A DNA stretch of 33,380 nucleotides from Nitrospirota bacterium. GTDB lineage: Bacteria; Nitrospirota; Thermodesulfovibrionia; Thermodesulfovibrionales; Dissulfurispiraceae. The stretch spans positions 1 to 33,380 of the forward strand of contig JBFMCP010000036.1 of assembly GCA_040754455.1 (NCBI GenBank). The letters run 5' to 3'. The position numbers and the translations under genes are program-made. This document shows, in pieces, positions 1 through 8,146 of this stretch (position 1 is the stretch's first letter; each line of letters opens with the position of its first letter). Below the pieces are notes generated by a model, which had not been told where the DNA came from, searched no databases, and saw only the letters and a list, made by a program, of their open reading frames with translations.

Positions 1-20
1 GCCAATGCCTGTAATATCAT
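1..20 (-). CDS. cas8c: Type I-C Cascade large subunit Cas8c/Csd1, first codons only (runs off window)
   Basis: ATG at 20 overlaps the cas5 stop (ATGA), preceded by GGAGGTGA. It reads MILQAL, a typical Cas8c N-terminus, in the expected cas3-cas5-cas8c order. Confidence 0.75.
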
Positions 21-691
21 CGCCTCACCTCCTTTTCATCAATCAACATACGCCCATTATTAAGACTTGCTCGGAAAAATGATGGGCGGCAATTGTCATT
101 GCAGAAGTGCTGATTATTCTCGTCTGCAGAGTTATAATGGAATATGTCATACAGCATCCAGCCGAGATCGCGTGTTTCAGAAATTGGCTCTGGCAACGGC
201 TTGTCGTTTGTGAATATCTCAAACTCTGCTGCAAACTCCCTGCAGCCGAGATACGGACGGTGAAAACACTGACCCTTCTCTGCACGGCGCAGAAACATCT
301 CTGTAAACTTAACCACTGTATCCTCAGCCCCTGCCCTGTCGGTCATTTCAAAAAAGGCATGGATAGTATATGCAACATCTCTCAGCAGCAACCCTGCTCG
401 CTGCTGGCGCTGGTCTTCGATAAACAAACCGCTTGTTCTCGGCGACATAACAGCGCCAACCTCATTTCTGCGCACTGACTCCCATTTGATTGGATTCAAG
501 ACATCAATCTGCGTCACCTTCCAGCGTATTGCCGGCTTCCACAGAATTGCCTCAAAAATACCTCGTGCTGCTGAAGGTGTCATTATATCGTATGAGACGC
601 GCTCCACTTTCATTTCCGGTCTTGTAAAACAGGCATTTCTGCCCCATACTTTTAAACGAAAGGCATTACTGCTTACGGGTGAACCTCTCAT
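17..691 (-). CDS. cas5c: Type I-C CRISPR-associated protein Cas5c (Cas5d)
   Basis: Motifs ACFTRPEMKVERVSY, TPSAARGIFEAI, PYLGCREF, DLGWMLYD; SD GGGAGG upstream. Confidence 0.96.
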   Translation of the reverse strand: MRGSPVSSNAFRLKVWGRNACFTRPEMKVERVSYDIMTPSAARGIFEAILWKPAIRWKVTQIDVLNPIKWESVRRNEVGAVMSPRTSGLFIEDQRQQRAGLLLRDVAYTIHAFFEMTDRAGAEDTVVKFTEMFLRRAEKGQCFHRPYLGCREFAAEFEIFTNDKPLPEPISETRDLGWMLYDIFHYNSADENNQHFCNDNCRPSFFRASLNNGRMLIDEKEVRR

Positions 692-716
692 AAATTATCC
701 TCCCTGTCTGTGGTCG

Positions 717-2921
717 TTATATTATCAACTCATCCGGCTCGTACATCATGGACTTGTCAGGGCAGAAGCCAAGCTCAGAATTATACATTGCCCCGCTGAC
801 CTGGACAAATATCCCGGGATGCGCCTCAATAATAGAGCCTTCTTTATAGAGCTTTGAATGAACATACTTTGGCAGATTTACAATGTATCTTTGAATCTTA
901 CGCATCAGCCATCTTTCGGGACCAAATTCTTTAAGCACCTCTATCAACTCTGCGCCCTCTTCATAGCAGACAATCACAGGCGCATACTGCGATTCGTCAA
1001 TTAGTTTGAATTTTTGCGCTGCCGAAAGAAAGCTGAATCGTAGCTCTCTGTCCGGAGCAAGGTCTTTTAAAATATCGTGTTTGTCAAGATTATTTCCTTG
1101 CAGCCAATAAAGCTGCTTGAAGAACTTTTCAAATCTTTCAGGTGCAAGATGGTCATCTATCTTTTCTCCAATTAACTGCCTCCCTATTTCGCCTGCCTGT
1201 TTAAGGTAACCAGAAGGAATTTTGCTCGGAGGCATAAACACGACAACACAGCCTTTCTCAAGCAATCCTTCTCTATTACATCTGCCCGCTGCTTGAGCAA
1301 TTGAGTCAAGTCCGGCGATTGCACGGTAGACAACAGAAAAATCAAGATCAACGCCTGCTTCAACAAGCTGTGTGCTGATGACACGGGTCGGTATTTTATC
1401 TTTCAATCTCTGTCTTATTTGATTGATAACTTTCGAGCGATGCTTGCCGCACATAAGAGCGGAAAGATGGAACGTCTTTTCTCCTTTATCGGGCATCAAT
1501 TCATAGAGCGTCCGGCAGTCATCACGTCGGTTGACTATGCATAAGACGGAAGAATATTGACTAAGCTCGGATGCAAGGTCTTCCCATGTGCGCGGCGTCA
1601 TAAGATCATCAGGGATAACTTCTACACGCTTGAACGTTTTATAAAGCGATAAAGGATTCTCCATAATCTCTACGGTATCCGCAAGGCCTTCAAAACTATA
1701 ATCAATAGATTTGTGCGGTGTAAATGCTGGCTGTGTGGCTGTGCTGAGGACAAAAGTAACGCCGTAGTTCTGATTTAATTCTTTGATGATATGAAGAACG
1801 GGTTTGAGATATTCTGGCGGCAGTAACTGGACCTCATCAAGCACAACGACGCTGTTGACAATGTTGTGGAGCTTGCGGCAGCGGCTTGAACGGTTTGAAA
1901 ACAATGATTCAAAGAATTGAACAGATGTTGTAACAATAACCGGCGCATCCCAGTTTTCAGATGCCAACCTGCTTTTTATAGTCTCTATGCTTTTGTCATG
2001 GACATCAACATTACTGTGATGTTCTACAACAGCATTGCCGAATATTTGTCTGAATTGATCTGCGGTTTGCTCAATAATGCTTGTATAAGGAATAACATAG
2101 ATAATCCGCCTCTTGTCAAACTTCACTGCATGGTTTAGCGCAAACGCCATTGATGAGAGCGTCTTACCCCCACCGGTAGGAACGGTCAATGTAAATATCG
2201 CAGGCTCATGAGCCGACTTTGTCACACATTGCTTGAAAATATGAGCCCGTTGTTTGTTGACAAAAGTATTGTCTGCATTTGCCTGTTTATCAGCCATATA
2301 AGATTTAAAAAGCGGCAGCAACTCATTGAGCGATGGATAGCCTTTTCGCGTTTTAGCTTTTTCAGGCTCAAAAAATTCTTCAGTATCGAGAAAATCGGCA
2401 TCAACAAGACATGAATAAAGCATTCTTATCCATAGGGCATGACCTTCTTTCGTCTGGAATTTCTGCTTTGGCAGTGATTGCTCTATTATATGAGCCGGAA
2501 TGCCTGAGAAGGGGAGTTTGTTGAAAAGTTCAATATTTTGAAGGCGCTGCGCAAGGCTTTTTCTTCCGGCAGTATCCGTTTGCCAATCAGCAAGCCCAGC
2601 GTGATGCCCTGCAATAAGATAGCTGAAAATCCGTCCGGCTTTACCCAATTTCTCAATTGCGTGAATTGCCCCTGCTGTCGAATGATCTACCTGAGCCTTT
2701 GCCTCCAGATGGGCTTCAGGTCCATCGGAGGCTGCGCAGACCTTCTTCTGAAAAGCAAAAGAGTATTTCCCTAAGTCATGCCACAACCCCGCCAGATAGC
2801 CCCATTCACCGCAGCCGAATTCGGCGGCAAAATCCGCAGCCTTTTTCGCAGTGCCAATCAGATGCTCATCGAGCCCGTGCTCTCTGCCGTCTTCGGCGAT
2901 ATGTGCAAAATATTTGCTCAT
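717..2921 (-). CDS. cas3: CRISPR-associated HD nuclease/helicase Cas3
   Basis: N-terminal HD (HDLGK, HH, DAD), Walker A PTGGGKT, DEVQ, SAT and QAAGRCNR helicase motifs; adjacent to cas5c. Confidence 0.96.
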   Translation of the reverse strand: MSKYFAHIAEDGREHGLDEHLIGTAKKAADFAAEFGCGEWGYLAGLWHDLGKYSFAFQKKVCAASDGPEAHLEAKAQVDHSTAGAIHAIEKLGKAGRIFSYLIAGHHAGLADWQTDTAGRKSLAQRLQNIELFNKLPFSGIPAHIIEQSLPKQKFQTKEGHALWIRMLYSCLVDADFLDTEEFFEPEKAKTRKGYPSLNELLPLFKSYMADKQANADNTFVNKQRAHIFKQCVTKSAHEPAIFTLTVPTGGGKTLSSMAFALNHAVKFDKRRIIYVIPYTSIIEQTADQFRQIFGNAVVEHHSNVDVHDKSIETIKSRLASENWDAPVIVTTSVQFFESLFSNRSSRCRKLHNIVNSVVVLDEVQLLPPEYLKPVLHIIKELNQNYGVTFVLSTATQPAFTPHKSIDYSFEGLADTVEIMENPLSLYKTFKRVEVIPDDLMTPRTWEDLASELSQYSSVLCIVNRRDDCRTLYELMPDKGEKTFHLSALMCGKHRSKVINQIRQRLKDKIPTRVISTQLVEAGVDLDFSVVYRAIAGLDSIAQAAGRCNREGLLEKGCVVVFMPPSKIPSGYLKQAGEIGRQLIGEKIDDHLAPERFEKFFKQLYWLQGNNLDKHDILKDLAPDRELRFSFLSAAQKFKLIDESQYAPVIVCYEEGAELIEVLKEFGPERWLMRKIQRYIVNLPKYVHSKLYKEGSIIEAHPGIFVQVSGAMYNSELGFCPDKSMMYEPDELII

Positions 2922-2945
2922 ATATGCCTCATCCCCCCTTCTCCC

Positions 2946-3116
2946 TCACAAACTCTTCCTTTTCTTCAGCTCCGCATCATCCATGTTTTCTTTTAGAGCG
3001 TTTGGCTTTAGCGAGGTTGTTAGAGGGATCAGATTACAGTGCAAGAGGTATAGGGGCATTGTTGCATTAAACAACTTCCCGACCGGAATGCAGCGATTGG
3101 TGGTTATAGCGCTCAT
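2946..3116 (-). CDS. Putative 56-aa small protein immediately upstream of cas3 (below ORF-track cutoff)
   Basis: Hand translation: MSAITTNRCIPVGKLFNATMPLYLLHCNLIPLTTSLKPNALKENMDDAELKKRKSL*. Purine-rich SD (GAGGGGGGAAGGAC-ATG); stop lies 24 nt before the cas3 ATG. Confidence 0.4.
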   Translation of the reverse strand: MSAITTNRCIPVGKLFNATMPLYLLHCNLIPLTTSLKPNALKENMDDAELKKRKSL

Positions 3117-3164
3117 GTCCTTCCCCCCTCAGAGGCGCTAAATTTTCGGCAATCAGTTATGTAA

Positions 3165-3192
3165 ATTAGTCAAATCAAATCGGATTAGTCAA
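3165..3192 (-). promoter_or_regulatory. Direct repeat TTGACTAAT x2 (19-bp period) in the likely cas operon promoter region
   Basis: attagtcaa at 3165-3173 and 3184-3192 on +. Each copy contains a -35-like TTGACT on the minus strand. Confidence 0.45.
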
Positions 3193-3219
3193 GAGAAGGT
3201 TGGCCTGTCGAACAATGAA

Positions 3220-4164
3220 TTAAAGCACGCCGCACTCTCGTGGCGTGCAGAACAACCCGGTGCTGAAGTACCTGTCTCCTCTATCGGGAAACAGGACCAC
3301 TACCTTTTTCCCTCTGCCGAGCCTTTGGGCGATCCTCATTGCCGCCCACATCGCCGCGCCGGAAGATATCCCGGCGAGGATCCCCTCCCTGTGCGCAAGC
3401 TGACGTGCCGTCTCCGCAGCATCTTCGTCGGTGACCGGGATGATCTCACCGTATATTTTCGAATTCAATACTCCAGGGAAGAATCCCGCGCCGAGACCGG
3501 CGATCTTATGGCTGCCTGGGTCGCCACCCGACAGCACCGGAGAGCCTGCCGGCTCGACAGCAACGATCAGGATATCGGGCTTCTTCTCTCTGAAGACTTC
3601 TCCATTTCCGGTGATGGTGCCGCCGGTGCCGACCCCGGCGACAAAAGCGTCGGGCACACTGCCGAGATCGCGTATGATTTCCGGTGCGGTTGTTTTCCGG
3701 TGCGCTTCAGGATTTGCAGGGTTTTCGAACTGCAGTGGTATAAAAGCATTCGGTGTAGTTTTACGGAGATATTCCGCCCTATCCCATGCGCCCATCATTC
3801 CCTTATCACCCGGCGTCAGCACCAGCTCGACTCCATAAGCACTGAGCATCTGTCTTCTCTCCATCGACATGGTTTCGGGCATGGTAAGGATAAGCCGGTA
3901 CCCTTTTACTGCAGCGATGAGCGCAAGCCCGATACCGGTATTGCCACTCGTCGGCTCGATAATGGTTCCGCCGGACTTCAGCACTCCTTCCCGTTCAGCA
4001 GCCTCGATCATGGAGAGCGCGACCCTGTCCTTCACCGAGCCTCCGGGATTGTGTCCTTCGAGCTTGGCCCAAACTTCGGCGCTGTCATCGCCTATCATCA
4101 TGCGATTGATTTTTACCAGTGGCGTGTTTCCTATAAGGCACAATATGTTTTCTTGTCGTGCCAT
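3220..4164 (-). CDS. cysK: Cysteine synthase A (O-acetylserine sulfhydrylase)
   Basis: IGNTPLV, PLP-lysine motif NPGGSVKDR, EPTSGNTG, GVGTGGT, GISSGA. Confidence 0.93.
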   Translation of the reverse strand: MARQENILCLIGNTPLVKINRMMIGDDSAEVWAKLEGHNPGGSVKDRVALSMIEAAEREGVLKSGGTIIEPTSGNTGIGLALIAAVKGYRLILTMPETMSMERRQMLSAYGVELVLTPGDKGMMGAWDRAEYLRKTTPNAFIPLQFENPANPEAHRKTTAPEIIRDLGSVPDAFVAGVGTGGTITGNGEVFREKKPDILIVAVEPAGSPVLSGGDPGSHKIAGLGAGFFPGVLNSKIYGEIIPVTDEDAAETARQLAHREGILAGISSGAAMWAAMRIAQRLGRGKKVVVLFPDRGDRYFSTGLFCTPRECGVL

Positions 4165-4253
4165 TCGTGCTTAAAACTCCAAAAAAATCGTTCCTCTGAG
4201 CTTGGCTTTTTTTGTTTGCTTGGAATTTGTGATTTGGAATTTATGATTTTGCA

Positions 4254-5624
<1,371 letters not shown>

Positions 5625-5726
5625 TCAACATTCCTTTGTGTATATTGTATACATTTTGTCTGTATTTTAATCAACTCCGGTCAGCCCGCGGCTACTAAGA
5701 CATTGTTTTTTTCACCGCTTTTCTCC

Positions 5727-5742
5727 TGGCACAACTATTGCG
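5727..5742 (+). promoter_or_regulatory. Sigma54 (-24/-12) promoter
   Basis: TGGCAC-AACTA-TTGCG matches TGGCAC-N5-TTGC with correct GG/GC spacing, divergent from a bEBP gene. Predicted +1 is about 5753. Confidence 0.85.
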
Positions 5743-5752
5743 TTCAAAAACG

Positions 5753-5874
5753 ACAAGTTCAGTCATACATTGCTATCGAGATGGTAAGCCTAACCGGCCT
5801 CCTTCTGGTGAACAACCACTGGTTTGCTTACCCGCTCCCCCCGGGCAGCCTCCTGAGCGGGGCTGCCTTTTTTT
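5753..5874 (+). ncRNA. Candidate sigma54-dependent small RNA (~120 nt)
   Basis: Bounded by the sigma54 promoter and an intrinsic terminator. Nested stems GGTAAGC/GCTTACC, AACCGG/CTGGTT and TGGT/ACCA with unpaired CCTCCTTC; no SD-led ORF inside. Confidence 0.65.
5844..5874 (+). terminator. Rho-independent terminator
   Basis: GGCAGCC(TC)...(GG)GGCTGCC stem followed by T7. Confidence 0.85.
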
Positions 5875-5964
5875 ATTTCTTCATATTTTCTTCAAAATCG
5901 GATGGTATTGTAGAAGCATGAAAAGAGAAATATTCACAACAATAGTTCGTGCGGAGGACCACCT

Positions 5965-6270
5965 ATGAGATTTTTTGTTCTTTTGCTCATTGCACTCGGC
6001 GTAGCAATCATCAGCCACGGCAATGCCGGCGCAGTCAGGAGTGATAGCCGCAGCAGTTATACCATGAGTGGTGGAGCACCGTCCGCTAGCCATAGTAATT
6101 ATCGTCTGTTCGAAAGCCCGGCAGCAACAATCCCTGATACAACGGACAGCGTCGAGCAGGCGTGTCAGGACACTGCACCGGTGTGTTCCGGCCCCGCGGA
6201 GCCTCGGTATGGCGAGCGCACTGCCGAAACGTCTGCGCATGAGAAAAATGCCGGTAGGCGCACTCATTAA
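5965..6270 (+). CDS. Hypothetical secreted small protein
   Basis: SD GGAGG 7 nt upstream. Signal-peptide-like N-terminus MRFFVLLLIALGVAIISHGNAGA; Ser/Thr/Ala-rich remainder. Confidence 0.6.
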   Translation: MRFFVLLLIALGVAIISHGNAGAVRSDSRSSYTMSGGAPSASHSNYRLFESPAATIPDTTDSVEQACQDTAPVCSGPAEPRYGERTAETSAHEKNAGRRTH

Positions 6271-6407
6271 ACAGGTGGAAAAACATTCGGTTATGTTGAC
6301 AACAGGTGATCAATGTGATAAGTGTCTGAAAGGAGATGGTACAGTCTTCCGATCATATAAAAACGTTGTCTCATAGAAAACACTCTACAATTTCAAGAGG
6401 AGGTAGT

Positions 6408-6797
6408 ATGAAAAGGATACTGGTGGTAGTAATGGTTGTGCTTTTCATAGCTGGCATCGCGTATGCGAAGGACTATGAGGTGAAGAAGAAAGCAGGAGAG
6501 TATGAGGTCACTGCACGGATCGACAGGAACCCCCCTGTCGCAGGTGAGAACAATATTGCAGTCGCAGTGAAGGATGCATCAGGAAACGCTGTCACCGATG
6601 CCAAGGTGAAGGTGGAGTACTCCATGCCTGCAATGCCGGGCATGCCGCCGATGAGTTACAAGACCGATGCGACGTTGAGCGGCAGCGAATACAAAGGGAA
6701 AATCAACCTCTCCATGGCAGGCCCGTGGAATGTCATTGTTAAGATAACCCGAGGCGGAAAAACATCATCAATGAAATTCAGCGTGGACGCGAGGTGA
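6408..6797 (+). CDS. YtkA/FixH-like periplasmic Ig-fold protein associated with metal efflux
   Basis: Start moved to ATG 6408 (SD GGAGG). Signal peptide, Met-rich MPAMPGMPPM, C-terminal LSMAGPW; first gene of a cus-like operon. Confidence 0.8.
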   Translation: MKRILVVVMVVLFIAGIAYAKDYEVKKKAGEYEVTARIDRNPPVAGENNIAVAVKDASGNAVTDAKVKVEYSMPAMPGMPPMSYKTDATLSGSEYKGKINLSMAGPWNVIVKITRGGKTSSMKFSVDAR

Positions 6798-6801
6798 TAC
6801 T

Positions 6802-8130
6802 ATGATGCGGGGACACGGAGACACAGAGACACGGAGCGGTATTCAGGTCCGATTCACCCGTTCCTTGCTGCTCCGGTTCATACTGCTGTGTGTCATCGCT
6901 ACCTTTTTTTCCATGCAGAGTGCTTCTGCCCGAGAATTGACGCTTCAGGATTTGATCAGCGAGGCGCTCCAGAAGAGTCCCGAGATCCATGCTGCGCAGG
7001 CACGGGCAGCGGCATCGCAGTTCAAGATACCTCAGGCTAAGAGTTTACCTGACCCCATGCTCATGTTCGGCTACCAGAATGAGGGATATGAAAAGTTCAA
7101 TTACGGAAAATCCGAAGACGCCCAGTTCATGTATTCCGTATCGCAAATGTTTCCCTTTCCCGGCAAACGCGGATTGAAAGGCGAGATGGCAGCACGTGAG
7201 GCCGAGAGCCTTGCCGCGTCATCCGGCTCCACGAAATTAAAAACCATAGCACGAATAAAAGAGCTCTACTACGACCTCTTCTTCACCTATAAGAGCATCG
7301 ATCTCCTTAAGGATCGGACCGAGCTGTTCTCCCAAATAGAGAATGCAGCGCTTGCCCGCTATTCGTCAGGAATGGCGCCGCAGCAGGAAGTGCTGATGGC
7401 GCAGACGGAAAAATATATGCTCCTCGAAAGAGAAGAGATGCTCAAGCAGAAGATACAGGCTCTGGAAGCCATGCTCAATACCACGGTGGGGAGAAAGGTT
7501 GACGCCCCGCTCGGCAGGCCGGTCGAGCCGAACTATGATCCCTACCCCCGCAGCCTGGACGAGTTGATCGCTGTAGCCTATGAGCGTTCTCCCGACGTCA
7601 AGGCAAAGGAAAAGATGGTCGCCGCTGCCGAGGCAAGGATCAAAATGGCAAAGAGGGAATACTATCCCGATATTACACTAGCCGGCAGCGTCTTCGAGAG
7701 AAAAAACTTTGATGATATGTGGAGCGTGACGACGACCGTCAATGTCCCCATCTTTTACCGCTCAAAACAGCGCCAGGCGGTGCATGAGGCTGAAGCATCG
7801 CTTTCAGAGGCACAAAGCGAGCTCGATGCTACGAAGCTCATGCTCTCCTCGGCCATCCGCGACAACTATTCCATGCTCAAGACAACGGAGCGGCTGATGG
7901 ATTTGTATCGCGAAGGACTCATTCCCAAGACATATCAGGATTTCGAGTCGGCCCTTGCCGGCTACGGCACCGGGAAGATCGAAGCGATAACAGTGATCAA
8001 CAGACTCAAGGCGATCATTGACTTCGAGACTTCCTACTGGGGACAGCTCGCTGAGAGAGAGAAGGCCAAAGCAAGAATCGAAGCTCTGACGGGGATTGCG
8101 GAAGGAATCGACGAAACGGCGAGACAGTGA
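6802..8130 (+). CDS. TolC-family outer membrane efflux protein (CusC/CzcC-like)
   Basis: LPDPML, SQMFPFPGKRGL, YYPDITL helical OEP pattern; lies upstream of MFP and RND genes. Confidence 0.9.
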   Translation: MMRGHGDTETRSGIQVRFTRSLLLRFILLCVIATFFSMQSASARELTLQDLISEALQKSPEIHAAQARAAASQFKIPQAKSLPDPMLMFGYQNEGYEKFNYGKSEDAQFMYSVSQMFPFPGKRGLKGEMAAREAESLAASSGSTKLKTIARIKELYYDLFFTYKSIDLLKDRTELFSQIENAALARYSSGMAPQQEVLMAQTEKYMLLEREEMLKQKIQALEAMLNTTVGRKVDAPLGRPVEPNYDPYPRSLDELIAVAYERSPDVKAKEKMVAAAEARIKMAKREYYPDITLAGSVFERKNFDDMWSVTTTVNVPIFYRSKQRQAVHEAEASLSEAQSELDATKLMLSSAIRDNYSMLKTTERLMDLYREGLIPKTYQDFESALAGYGTGKIEAITVINRLKAIIDFETSYWGQLAEREKAKARIEALTGIAEGIDETARQ

Positions 8131-8146
8131 ACCAGAAAGGAAAACG

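Noticed and set aside
1..3219. CRISPR array or mini-array near the cas genes
   Set aside because: No 28-37-nt repeats with spacers and no I-C-like GTCGC...ATTGAAAC sequence seen; the array presumably lies beyond the left edge.
5753..5874. Assignment to a known riboswitch (NiCo, yybP-ykoY, fluoride, c-di-GMP, SAM)
   Set aside because: I could not find their conserved sequence signatures by eye; an Rfam scan is needed.
5703..5968. ORF-track ORFs 5703-5921 and 5738-5968 as real proteins
   Set aside because: They start upstream of or within the sigma54 promoter, lack an SD and run through a strong terminator.
8131..8141. cusB RBS (ACCAGAAAGGA) as a target of the candidate sRNA (UCCUUCUGGU)
   Set aside because: Only about 10 bp with a bulge, and part of the sRNA segment is paired in its own hairpin; could easily be chance.
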